Origin: Planctomycetota bacterium
GTDB taxonomy: Bacteria; Planctomycetota; GCA-002687715; CAIWVZ01
Reading direction: 5' to 3'
Assembly: GCA_044222185.1 (NCBI GenBank)
Contig: JBGANV010000001.1
Coordinates: forward strand, 2,176,001 to 2,240,000
DNA length: 64,000 nucleotides
In this document: positions 8,909 to 18,105 of the stretch, piece after piece
Layout of the letters: each line of letters starts with the position of its first letter
Position numbering within the stretch: the stretch's first letter is position 1
Translations under genes and position numbers: made by a program
The notes under the pieces: model-generated
Seen by the model: the letters and a program-made list of their open reading frames with translations, nothing else
Databases searched by the model: none
Told to the model about the DNA's origin: nothing

Positions 8909-9517
8909 ATGTCGAATCGCAACTGGATCGCCGTCTGCCTCCTCGTCGTCGGGCTCGTCGCCGCATCGGCCGAGGCCCAGCAGGTCCACTTCCGCGGCAA
9001 AGTCGAGAACGGCGAAGCGGTCTGCTACTACTGCCCGGGCACGGGATTCGTCGTGGATTGCACGAAGGTCCGGATCTCGAGCACGGCCTACAACCTCCAG
9101 GCGCTCGTGGGCCAGCACATCGAAGCGGACGGCGTCTGGAACGGCTCGACCACCCTGCCCATGGTGAACATCACCTACCTCCAGGTGACGAACGAGACCT
9201 TCTCCATCGGCGGTGGCGCAAACATCGGACAGCACGCCGATTTCACGGCCTTCGGCAACCCGGGTGATTCGGCCGTCGTTGCGCTCGCCCTGAACGTGAG
9301 CGTGCTGAACTTTGGACCCCCAGGCCTCGCGTTCCTCCACCCGAGCTCCGCCGTCGTCCTCGGGTCCGGCACCATGGACAGCTCCGGGGAATTCAGCGTC
9401 ACGGTGCAGATCCCGAACCTGCCGCAGCTCAGCGGACTGAACGTGTTCGGACAGGGATTCGTGGTTCCGCTCAACGGGGCTCCGTACGTCACGAATCCCG
9501 ATTGGAAGCAGCTCTGA
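8909..9517 (+). CDS. secreted hypothetical protein with CxxC and the shared C-terminal domain
   Basis: AGGA RBS, signal peptide ending AEA-QQ, CYYC, C-terminal IPNLPQLSGLNVFGQ motif shared with the proteins at 51498 and 63496. Confidence 0.8.
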   Translation: MSNRNWIAVCLLVVGLVAASAEAQQVHFRGKVENGEAVCYYCPGTGFVVDCTKVRISSTAYNLQALVGQHIEADGVWNGSTTLPMVNITYLQVTNETFSIGGGANIGQHADFTAFGNPGDSAVVALALNVSVLNFGPPGLAFLHPSSAVVLGSGTMDSSGEFSVTVQIPNLPQLSGLNVFGQGFVVPLNGAPYVTNPDWKQL

Positions 9518-9859
9518 GCTGACGTGACGATGCGCGTCGCCCTGGGACGCGCTCCTCGATCGTGTTGGGGACCGCCGGACGGCGGGATCCGGGCTCGCGT
9601 CGACCTCGCCGCCACCCGCCGCCCGTCTACGGAGGCGCCCCGCACGGAGGACGGCGAGCGCCCCTCCGTCGCGCGCGGCGCCGGAAGACGCTGCACCAAG
9701 GCCTGCCCCTCCCCGGGAACGGCACTCTGACACCTCGCCGCGTCAGCATGCGAACGTGCCCGGGCGGACGACGCAACCGGGGGCCGCGAGCGCACGGCCA
9801 TCGCCGCGGTGGATCCCCCCGCTCCCCGCATCGGCCGCACGAACGCCCGGCCCCGTCGC

Positions 9860-9888
9860 TTGTCCGCGCCGAGCCCGCGTCCTAAAAC
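9860..9888 (+). promoter_or_regulatory. sigma70-type promoter upstream of lipA
   Basis: TTGTCC-17 nt-TAAAAC just upstream of lipA. Confidence 0.45.
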
Positions 9889-9906
9889 CCCACGTCCGCG
9901 CAGCAC

Positions 9907-10815
9907 GTGGCGACGCCTTCCATGGACCCCGGCATCCGCAGAAAACCCGAGTGGCTGAAAGTGCGCCCGCCGTCCGGCGAGAACTACCTCCGGATCAAGG
10001 GCCTGCGACAGGAGTTGGGCCTGTCGACAGTCTGCGAAGAGGCCCGGTGCCCGAACATCGGTGAGTGTTGGGGCGCTGGCACCGCGACGTTCATGGTGAT
10101 GGGTGACACCTGCACCCGTGCGTGCCGCTTCTGCAACGTGAAGACCGGCAACCCGCGAGGGTGGCTCGACGCAGACGAACCGAACAAGGTCGGTCACGCC
10201 GTCGCGACGATGCGCCTGGGCTACGTCGTCCTCACGATGGTCGACCGGGACGATCTGCCCGACGGGGGCGCGGCCCACGTCATCCGCTGCGTCGACGGCA
10301 TCAAGGCCGCCTCGCCGACCACGCTCGTGGAGGCCCTCCTGGGCGATTTCCGCGCGCGTGAACGGGACCTGGAGCCCCTCGCGAAGTCGTCCATAGACGT
10401 GCTGGCGCACAACTTGGAGACCGTCGAACGCATCACGAAGAAGGTCCGGGACGGAAAGAGCAGTTACCGGCAATCGCTGGCCGCGCTCGAGCTGTTGAAG
10501 CGCCATGGACCGCCGCGTCTCGTCAAATCCTCGATCATGCTCGGCCTCGGTGAGACGGAGGACGAGGTCCGCCAGACGCTGAAGGACCTGCGCCACGTCG
10601 GGGTCGACGTCGTCACGCTTGGTCAGTACCTCCAGCCCACTCCCGATCACCTCCCCGTCGCCGACTTCATCCCTCCGGCCCGATTCGATGCCTGGCGGGA
10701 CGAGGCCCTCGGTCTCGGGTTCCTCTTCTGCGCGTCCGGGCCGCTCGTCCGTTCGTCCTACAAGGCCGGCGAGCTGTTCGTCGAGCGGTACCTGCGCGAG
10801 CGAACGGAGGTTTGA
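9907..10815 (+). CDS. lipA: lipoyl synthase
   Basis: RKPEWLKV, CEEARCPNIGECW, radical-SAM CTRACRFC, GPLVRSSY. Confidence 0.97.
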   Translation: MATPSMDPGIRRKPEWLKVRPPSGENYLRIKGLRQELGLSTVCEEARCPNIGECWGAGTATFMVMGDTCTRACRFCNVKTGNPRGWLDADEPNKVGHAVATMRLGYVVLTMVDRDDLPDGGAAHVIRCVDGIKAASPTTLVEALLGDFRARERDLEPLAKSSIDVLAHNLETVERITKKVRDGKSSYRQSLAALELLKRHGPPRLVKSSIMLGLGETEDEVRQTLKDLRHVGVDVVTLGQYLQPTPDHLPVADFIPPARFDAWRDEALGLGFLFCASGPLVRSSYKAGELFVERYLRERTEV

Positions 10816-11012
10816 TGCGGTCCGGCCGCCGCGGACGCCGCGATCGGCGCCGACCGGGCCGCCCCGACCCGCGCCGCCGCCAGCGCCATCGCGCCAGCCG
10901 CGCCTCCCCCGTCTCGATAACTTCGCCCGATCCGCTACCCTCTCCGTCCCCGCAACCGGACGAGGGAGAGACATCGCCGGCGCGGTCGCAAACGCTGCCC
11001 CCATCGCCCGTC

Positions 11013-11990
11013 ATGACCACCCAGACCGTCCTCCAAGCGATCCAATCGGCCCTCCGGGAGGAGATGGCCCGCGACGAGCGCGTGGTCGTCCTGGGCGAGG
11101 ACATCGCGAAGAACGGCGGCGTGTTCCGGGCGACGGAGGGGCTCCTCGACGCGTTCGGCGAGGCGCGCGTGATCGACACCCCGCTCGCCGAGTCGGGGAT
11201 CGTCGGGACGGCCATCGGGATGGCGATGTACGGGCTCAAGCCGGTCGTCGAGATCCAGTTCGCCGATTTCATCTACCCGGCATTCGACCAGATCACGTCC
11301 GAACTCGCGAAGATGCGCTACCGCTCGGGCGGCGAGTTCACGTGCCCGCTGGTCATCAGGACGCCCGCCGGCGGCGGCATCCGCGGCGGTGGGTACCACT
11401 CCCAGTCGCCGGAGGCGTACTTCGTCCACACGGCCGGGTTGCACGTCTACTACCCCTCGACGCCGGCCGATGCCAAGGGCCTGCTGAAGGCCGCGATCCG
11501 CGGGGACGACCCCGTGATCTTCTTCGAACCGAAGAAGATCTACCGGACGGTGAAGGACGAGGTCTCCGACGACCCGACCCTCGTGGTGGAGCCGGGACGG
11601 GCCCGCACCGCGCGCGAGGGGTCGCACGTCGCGCTGATTTCCTACGGATCCTGCGTTCACCTGTGCCTGGACGCTGCCGCCACGCTCGCATCCCGGGGGA
11701 TCGAGGCGCTCGTGCTCGACCTGCGCACCCTGGTCCCCATGGACGTGGATGCCATCCTGTCCGCAGCGCGTGCCACGGGTCGCGTCGTCATCGTCGCGGA
11801 AGCGCCGCGCACCTGCAGCGTCGCCGCGGAGATCGCCGCCCTCGTCGCCGAGGGCGCCATCGAATCACTCGAAGCCCCGGTCCTGCGCGTGACCGGATTC
11901 GACACACCGTTCCCATACGCGCTCGAACACGTGTACATGCCGAGCGCGGAGCGCATCCTCGCGGCCGTCGACAAGGTCATGAACTTCTGA
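11013..11990 (+). CDS. 2-oxoacid dehydrogenase E1 beta subunit (branched-chain type likely)
   Basis: GEDI...GGVFRATEGL, DTPLAESGI, EIQFADF, YHSQSPEAYF, FFEPKKIY. Confidence 0.93.
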   Translation: MTTQTVLQAIQSALREEMARDERVVVLGEDIAKNGGVFRATEGLLDAFGEARVIDTPLAESGIVGTAIGMAMYGLKPVVEIQFADFIYPAFDQITSELAKMRYRSGGEFTCPLVIRTPAGGGIRGGGYHSQSPEAYFVHTAGLHVYYPSTPADAKGLLKAAIRGDDPVIFFEPKKIYRTVKDEVSDDPTLVVEPGRARTAREGSHVALISYGSCVHLCLDAAATLASRGIEALVLDLRTLVPMDVDAILSAARATGRVVIVAEAPRTCSVAAEIAALVAEGAIESLEAPVLRVTGFDTPFPYALEHVYMPSAERILAAVDKVMNF

Positions 11991-12030
11991 ACCGGCCCGT
12001 GGCATCCGCCACCGCCGGGGAGACGAACCC

Positions 12031-13410
12031 ATGCCGTACGAATTCAAACTGCCGGACATCGGTGAAGGCGTCGCCGAGGGCGAGATCACGAAGTGGCTCG
12101 TGAAGGAAGGCGACTCGGTCAAGGAAGACCAGCCCATGGTCGAGGTGATGACCGACAAGGCGACGGTCGAGATCACGTCCCCGGTCGGGGGCCGCGTCCA
12201 GAAGATCCTCGTGAAGGAAGGCGGCGTGGCGCCGGTGCACTCGGTGATCGTCGTGATCGAACAGATCGCCGGCGGGGCCGCGGCCCCGGCGGTGGCGACG
12301 CCCCCGGCGCCCGCGGCAAAGCCCGCGCCTGCGCCGGCTCCCAAACCGGCGGCGCCGGTTACGCCCCCCGCGCCCGCCCCAAGAGCCGCAGCGCCAACGC
12401 CGCAACCCGCGGCGAAGCCCGCGCCCGTCGCTGCGCCTGCAGCCGCCGCGCCGGCACAGCCCGCCGTCGTGGCCCCTGCTGCTCCCGCAACCCCGCGCGA
12501 CAAGGTCCTGGCGACGCCGGCGACCCGAAAACTCGCGCGCGAACTGGGCGTCGACCTCGCGCAGGTCGCCGGAAGCGGACCGCGCGGGCGCGTGCTGAAG
12601 GACGACGTCCGCTCGGTGCTGGCGCCCGTCGCCGAGCCGGCCCAGCCGAACGGCGGCGAGCCCGTCATCTCCCGCGCCGTCGAGAGCTACGCGCCGACAC
12701 CCGCCGGCGGAGCCGAGGAACGCATCCCCTACCGCGGACTGCGCAAGGCCATCGGCGACCAGATGGTGCGGTCGCTCTACACCGCCCCACACTTCACGCT
12801 CGTCGACGAGATCGACTTCTCGGCGATCGACGGGCTGCGCCAGGCCTCGAAGGACGAAGCCTCGGCGGCTGGGACCAAGCTCACGTACCTGCCCTTCGTC
12901 ATGAAGGCGCTCTTCCAGACGATCCGCAAGTTCCCGTCGATCAACGCGACTCTGGACGAAGCCCGTGGCGAATTCGTCATCAAGCACGACGTGCACGTGG
13001 GATTTGCCCTCGACACGGACCGCGGCTTGATGGTGCCCGTCGTGAAGAACGTGGCCCGTCGTGGCGTCCTCTCGATCGCCAAGGAGATCTCGCGCCTCTC
13101 CGAGCTCGGTCGCGCCGGCAAGGCGTCGCGGGAAGACCTCATCGGATCCACGATCACGATCACCTCGGCCGGGTCGATCGGCGGGTTGTTCGCGACGCCG
13201 ATCATCAATTACCCGGAGGTGGCGATCCTCGGCCTCTATCAGATCGCCGACCGCCCCGTCGTCCGTGACGGCCAGATCGTCATCCGCAAGATGGGCTACG
13301 TCTCCATCACCCTCGACCACCGCGTCGTCGACGGCGCCACGGCCTCACGCGTCCTCCTCGAGCTCAAGCGTCTGCTCGGCAACCCGGGCCTCCTGCTCCT
13401 GGGCGACTGA
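12031..13410 (+). CDS. dihydrolipoamide acyltransferase (E2)
   Basis: Lipoyl domain (EVMTDKA), Pro/Ala linker, E3-binding ATPATRKLARELGVDL, catalytic DHRVVDG. Confidence 0.95.
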   Translation: MPYEFKLPDIGEGVAEGEITKWLVKEGDSVKEDQPMVEVMTDKATVEITSPVGGRVQKILVKEGGVAPVHSVIVVIEQIAGGAAAPAVATPPAPAAKPAPAPAPKPAAPVTPPAPAPRAAAPTPQPAAKPAPVAAPAAAAPAQPAVVAPAAPATPRDKVLATPATRKLARELGVDLAQVAGSGPRGRVLKDDVRSVLAPVAEPAQPNGGEPVISRAVESYAPTPAGGAEERIPYRGLRKAIGDQMVRSLYTAPHFTLVDEIDFSAIDGLRQASKDEASAAGTKLTYLPFVMKALFQTIRKFPSINATLDEARGEFVIKHDVHVGFALDTDRGLMVPVVKNVARRGVLSIAKEISRLSELGRAGKASREDLIGSTITITSAGSIGGLFATPIINYPEVAILGLYQIADRPVVRDGQIVIRKMGYVSITLDHRVVDGATASRVLLELKRLLGNPGLLLLGD

Positions 13411-13420
13411 CGTGCAGCCC

Positions 13421-14509
13421 ATGCTGCGAGTCATGCCCGTCGCGGGCGAGCCCGCGACGATCCCGGCACCCGAGTTGTCGCCGACGGAGCTCCTGTCGCT
13501 GCTTCGCTGGATGCTTCTGATCCGGGCGCTCGACGAGAAGATGTTGCTCCTGCAACGGCAAGGGCGCATCGCCTTCTTCGGGCCCAGCGCCGGACAGGAG
13601 GCGTCGATCGCGGGCTCCGGCTTCGTCGCGCGCGCGACCGACTGGATCTACCCGGCCCTCCGGGAGGGCGGCATCCTGCTCATGCGCGGTTTCCCCATCG
13701 CTCGCTACTTCGGGCAGATGTTCGGGAACGTGCTCGACACGCAGAAGGGCCGCCAGATGCCCATGCATTTTTCGAGCGGCGAGCACCGGTTCGTGTCGCT
13801 CTCGTCCGTGATCGCGACGCAGCTTCCGCAGGCCGTGGGCACGGCCTGGGCCGCGAAGATCCGCAAGGACGACGTGGTGACCTACGGTTACATCGGCGAC
13901 GGCGGAACCTCCGAAGGCGACTTCCACTGCGCGCTGAACTTCGCGGCGGTCGGTCGCGTGCCCTGCGTGATCATCTGTCAGAACAACCAATGGGCGATCT
14001 CAGTGCCGTTCGCGAAGCAGACGGCGTCCGACGGCATCGCGATCAAGGCGACGGCCTATGGCATGCCGGGTGTCCGCGTCGACGGCAACGACGTGCTCGC
14101 CGTCGTCTCGGCCGTCCGCGAGGCGCACGAGCGCGCGCGTCGCGGGGATGGCCCCACGCTCGTCGAATGCGTCACGTATCGCCGCGGCGGCCACTCGTCG
14201 TCCGACGATCCCACGCGGTATCGCGACGAATCCAAGATGCAGCCGTGGCTGCTGGTGGATCCAATCGAGCGGTTCAAGGAACACCTCACCGCCCGCAGTG
14301 TTCTCGACCAGGCGGAACTCGACCGCATGCTCGGCGAGATCCGCAGTGAGATCGACGCGGGACTGAAGACGGCCGAGCCGGCGATCCAGCCCGCCGTCGA
14401 CACCCTGTTCACCGACGTGTACAGCAAGCTGCCGCAGACGCTCGCCGCCCAACGCGCGGAAGTCGTCGGGGATGGCAGCGGTACCGCCGAAGGAGCGTTC
14501 CCACTCTGA
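13421..14509 (+). CDS. 2-oxoacid dehydrogenase E1 alpha subunit (BCKDH-like)
   Basis: LQRQGRIAFF, GRQMPMH, TPP motif GDGGTSEGDFH...NNQWAIS, HSSSDDPTRYR. Confidence 0.93.
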   Translation: MLRVMPVAGEPATIPAPELSPTELLSLLRWMLLIRALDEKMLLLQRQGRIAFFGPSAGQEASIAGSGFVARATDWIYPALREGGILLMRGFPIARYFGQMFGNVLDTQKGRQMPMHFSSGEHRFVSLSSVIATQLPQAVGTAWAAKIRKDDVVTYGYIGDGGTSEGDFHCALNFAAVGRVPCVIICQNNQWAISVPFAKQTASDGIAIKATAYGMPGVRVDGNDVLAVVSAVREAHERARRGDGPTLVECVTYRRGGHSSSDDPTRYRDESKMQPWLLVDPIERFKEHLTARSVLDQAELDRMLGEIRSEIDAGLKTAEPAIQPAVDTLFTDVYSKLPQTLAAQRAEVVGDGSGTAEGAFPL

Positions 14510-15915
14510 TGAAAACGACCAAAGCCTGCGTCATCGGTTCGGGTCCCGGCGGATACGTCGCCGCGATCCGCCTCGCCCAGCTCGGCATCGAGACGATCGT
14601 CGTCGAGCGCGAAGCCCTCGGCGGAGTCTGCCTCAACTGGGGCTGCATTCCCTCGAAGGCGTACATCGGCGCAGCCAAGCTCTACGAGAAGGTGAAGACC
14701 GCCGACGAGTGCGGGATCTCCGTCAAGGACATCCACGTCGACCTCCCGAAGATGCGCGAGTGGAAGAACTCGGTCGTCACGCGGATGAAGAACGGGATCG
14801 GCGAGCTGTTCAAGCGCAACACGATCACGACGGTCTGGGGGAACGCGAAGTTCACGGGCCCCGACACCATCGAGGTCACGAGCAAGGACGGAGCGACCGA
14901 GACGATCAAGGCCGAGAAGTTCCTCATCGCCACGGGCTCGCGGCCGTTCGATCTGCCCACCTTCCCGGTGGATGGACGCAAGATCATCACGTCGACCGAA
15001 GCGCTCGACCTCGACCACGTTCCCAAGAGCCTGCTCGTGCTCGGGGGCGGCGTCATCGGCCTCGAGATCGGCATGTACCTGATGAAGTTCGGCACGGAGC
15101 TCACGGTCGTCGAGATGATGGACCAGCTCCTCCCGGGCACGGATCCCGATCTCGTCGCCGTCGTCGCCCGCAACCTCAAGAAGAAGAAGGCCACGGTCCA
15201 CCTCCAGACGAAGGCCCTGGGCGCGACCGTGAAGGGCGACGTCGTCGAGACGCGGATCCAGACCCCCAAGGGCGAGCAGGTGATCACGACCGAGCACGTC
15301 CTCGTCTCCATCGGGCGCAAGCCGAACACGGAGAACCTGGGCCTCGACAAGGCGGGGGTCAAGACGACGCAGCGCGGATACATCGAGGTCGATGCGCACA
15401 TGCGCACGTCCAATCCGCGGTGCTGGGCCATCGGCGACGTCGTCGGGGGCGCACTGCTCGCACACAAGGCGTCCAAGGAAGGTCTGGTCGCCGCCGCCGT
15501 GATGGCCGGCAAGTCGGAGGCCTACGACGTGGTCGCCATGCCTGGGGCCATCTTCACGGATCCGGAAATCGCGCAGACGGGACTCACGGAAGCGGAAGCG
15601 AAGAAGCGCGGCTACGAAGTGAAGGTCGGCACGTTCCCGTTCGCGGCACTGGGTCGCGCCGTCGCCGGCCGCGAGACCGACGGGCTCATCAAGATGGTGA
15701 CGGACGCCAAGGACGACCGGATCCTCGGCGTCGGCATCGCCGGCGCGAATGCGTCGGACCTCATCGCCGAATCGACGCTGGCCATCGAAGCAGGCCTCAC
15801 GGCCGAAGACGTGGCGCTGACCGTTCACGCACATCCGACGCTCGCCGAGAGTCTGATGGAGGTGTCCGAAGCCGTTCACGGCGACGCCATCCACATCTAC
15901 CAGCCGAAGAAGTGA
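14509..15915 (+). CDS. lpdA: dihydrolipoamide dehydrogenase (E3)
   Basis: GSGPGGYVAAIR, GGVCLNWGCIPSK, GGGVIGLE, HAHPTLAE. Confidence 0.97.
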   Translation: MKTTKACVIGSGPGGYVAAIRLAQLGIETIVVEREALGGVCLNWGCIPSKAYIGAAKLYEKVKTADECGISVKDIHVDLPKMREWKNSVVTRMKNGIGELFKRNTITTVWGNAKFTGPDTIEVTSKDGATETIKAEKFLIATGSRPFDLPTFPVDGRKIITSTEALDLDHVPKSLLVLGGGVIGLEIGMYLMKFGTELTVVEMMDQLLPGTDPDLVAVVARNLKKKKATVHLQTKALGATVKGDVVETRIQTPKGEQVITTEHVLVSIGRKPNTENLGLDKAGVKTTQRGYIEVDAHMRTSNPRCWAIGDVVGGALLAHKASKEGLVAAAVMAGKSEAYDVVAMPGAIFTDPEIAQTGLTEAEAKKRGYEVKVGTFPFAALGRAVAGRETDGLIKMVTDAKDDRILGVGIAGANASDLIAESTLAIEAGLTAEDVALTVHAHPTLAESLMEVSEAVHGDAIHIYQPKK

Positions 15916-15925
15916 GCGGAGCGCG

Positions 15926-16537
15926 ATGCGCGTCGTCCACTGGGGGATCACCGAGTACGACGACGCGTTGCGCCGCCAGCACGAGTTGGTGGCGGCGCGC
16001 TTGCGGGGCGAGGTCCCGGATACGCTCGTCCTCACCGAGCACTCGCCCGTCATCACGCTCGGCCGAGGAACGAGGCGAACCAACGTGCTCGACCCGCGCT
16101 TCCCGGTGGTCGAGGTCGAGCGTGGCGGCGACGTGACGTTCCACGGGCCGGGTCAACTCGTCGGATACGTCGTCAGACTTCTCCCTCCCGGTCGACGAGA
16201 CCTCCACGCGTGGATGCGCGCCGTCGAGCAACTTTTGATCGACGCGCTGAGCCTCTTCGGAATCAGGGGCGAACGCATCGCCGGCAAGACCGGCGTCTGG
16301 GTCGGACCGAGCGATGCGACTGGGGCGCGGAAGATCGCGAGTCTCGGTATCGCAGCCCGCAACTGGTGCACGTTCCATGGCTTCGCCTTGAACGTGACGA
16401 CGAACCTGGCGGATTTCCGAGCGATCAACCCGTGCGGATTCGACGCATCCGTCATGACGTCGGTCGCACGCGAGCTGGGCCGCGACGTTCGAATGAGCGA
16501 GGTCGCAGTGGCGATCGAGCAGCTCGCCTCGCGTTGA
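15926..16537 (+). CDS. lipB: lipoyl(octanoyl) transferase
   Basis: EHSPVITLGR, ERGGDVTFHGPGQLVGY, KIASLGI, HGFALNV, INPCG. Confidence 0.95.
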   Translation: MRVVHWGITEYDDALRRQHELVAARLRGEVPDTLVLTEHSPVITLGRGTRRTNVLDPRFPVVEVERGGDVTFHGPGQLVGYVVRLLPPGRRDLHAWMRAVEQLLIDALSLFGIRGERIAGKTGVWVGPSDATGARKIASLGIAARNWCTFHGFALNVTTNLADFRAINPCGFDASVMTSVARELGRDVRMSEVAVAIEQLASR

Positions 16538-16610
16538 GCACGCGCGCCGACTCGCGTACGATCCGGCCCCGCCGCGCACACTCACTCTGCGGCGAAGGGA
16601 GCCATGCGGT

Positions 16611-17822
16611 ATGTCGCGCGGGATCTACACCGAAGAGAACCTCCACTGGCGGGCCAAGGCCCATGAAGTCGCAGAGAAGTTCGTCCGCCCGGTCGCACGC
16701 AAGTACGACCTGAGCCAGGAATACCCGTGGGAGATCCGCGACGCGCTGGCGAAGGCCGGCTTGATGTCCGTGTGGATCCCGAAGGAGTACGGCGGCGCGG
16801 GCGGCGGGGTCATGAACCTCTGCCTCGTCGTCGAGGAGCTGTCGCGTGCGTGCCCCGGCGTCGGCGTGCTCTTCGCCGTGAACGCGCTGGGCTCGTTCCC
16901 GATCATCCTGGCGGGCACCGAGGACCAGAAGAAGAAGTACCTGCCGAAGATCGCGACCGGTGAGACGCTCATCGCGTTCTGCCTCTCGGAGAAGACTGCC
17001 GGATCCGACGCTGGCAGCCTGAAGGTACGGGCCGTGCCGCAGGGATCGAGCTGGCGCATCCACGGCGAGAAGAAGTGGACGACGAACGGCGGTGCCGCGA
17101 ACCTCTACAGCGTGTTCGCCGTGACGGAGAAGGACCGCGGCTCGCGCGGCATGTCGGCGTTCCTCGTGGAGAAGGGCGATCCCGGGTTCACCATCGGGAA
17201 GGTCGAGGACAAGATGGGCATCCGCTGCGTGCCCGTCGTCGAGACCGTGTTCGATGGCGTCGAGGTCGGACCTGAGCGGCTCCTCGGCGGGAAGCCCGGG
17301 TTGGGGTTCAAGCACGCCATGCAGACGCTCGACCGCGCTCGCCCGGGCGTGGCGGCACAAGGCGTCGGATGTGCCCAGGGCGCGCTCGAACTCGCGACGC
17401 GATACACCATGCGCCGTCACCAGTTCGGCCAGTCGGTCTCCTCGTTCCAGATGGTCCAGCAGATGCTCGCCGACATGGCGATGCAGACCGAAGCCGCCCG
17501 CCAGCTCGTCTACGCCTCCGCACGCGTGATCGACGCCGGCGACGGCAATGGCACGAAGATCGCCGCCATGGCCAAGTGCTTCGCGACCGACGTCGCCATG
17601 AAGGTCACGACGGATGCCGTCCAGCTCTTCGGTGGCTACGGCTTCATGCGCGACTACCCCATCGAGAAGTACATGCGTGACGCCAAGATCACGCAGATCT
17701 ACGAAGGCACGAACCAGGTTCAGCGCCTCGTCGTCGCGCGCAACGTGCTGAACGAGGCGAACGAGCTGTCGTTCCTCGACACGTACATCCCGACCGAGGC
17801 ACAGAACATCTTCGACGGCTGA
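16611..17822 (+). CDS. acyl-CoA dehydrogenase
   Basis: IPKEYGG, AFCLSE..AGSDA, EDKMGIR, QLFGGYGFMRDYPIEKYMRDAKITQIYEGTNQVQR. Confidence 0.95.
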   Translation: MSRGIYTEENLHWRAKAHEVAEKFVRPVARKYDLSQEYPWEIRDALAKAGLMSVWIPKEYGGAGGGVMNLCLVVEELSRACPGVGVLFAVNALGSFPIILAGTEDQKKKYLPKIATGETLIAFCLSEKTAGSDAGSLKVRAVPQGSSWRIHGEKKWTTNGGAANLYSVFAVTEKDRGSRGMSAFLVEKGDPGFTIGKVEDKMGIRCVPVVETVFDGVEVGPERLLGGKPGLGFKHAMQTLDRARPGVAAQGVGCAQGALELATRYTMRRHQFGQSVSSFQMVQQMLADMAMQTEAARQLVYASARVIDAGDGNGTKIAAMAKCFATDVAMKVTTDAVQLFGGYGFMRDYPIEKYMRDAKITQIYEGTNQVQRLVVARNVLNEANELSFLDTYIPTEAQNIFDG

Positions 17823-18105
17823 GCGGGTCGTCCTTGCGCGGGCCGTCGCCCGCGCCGACGCGCCGCACCACCGACCGAGGCACACGGCGCGATGGGCCTG
17901 CGGCGTCAGGCGACGCTGGCCCGGTATCCGCACCGACAGGCCGCTCCCGAAGCGCGGCGACGACGCCCGCGTCGCGCCACGCACCGGATCGATCCGATCG
18001 AGCCCGGTGCGAGCGTCGAGTTTCCGCGGCCTCGCGCTGAGGTGACGTCGGTCGGAGCGCCTCGCAGACTGGTGCCGGAGGTGGTGCCGAAGGCCAGTGC
18101 CGCCC

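Noticed and set aside
12270-12500. Pro/Ala-rich quasi-repeats
   Set aside because: Ordinary flexible linker of the E2 subunit.
9175-17984. Long minus-strand ORFs (9175..11004, 11977..13320, 14056..16083, 16452..17984) and similar ones elsewhere (46658..48637, 59674..61914, 61521..63383)
   Set aside because: Antisense shadows of well-supported genes, expected in high-GC DNA with strong codon bias.
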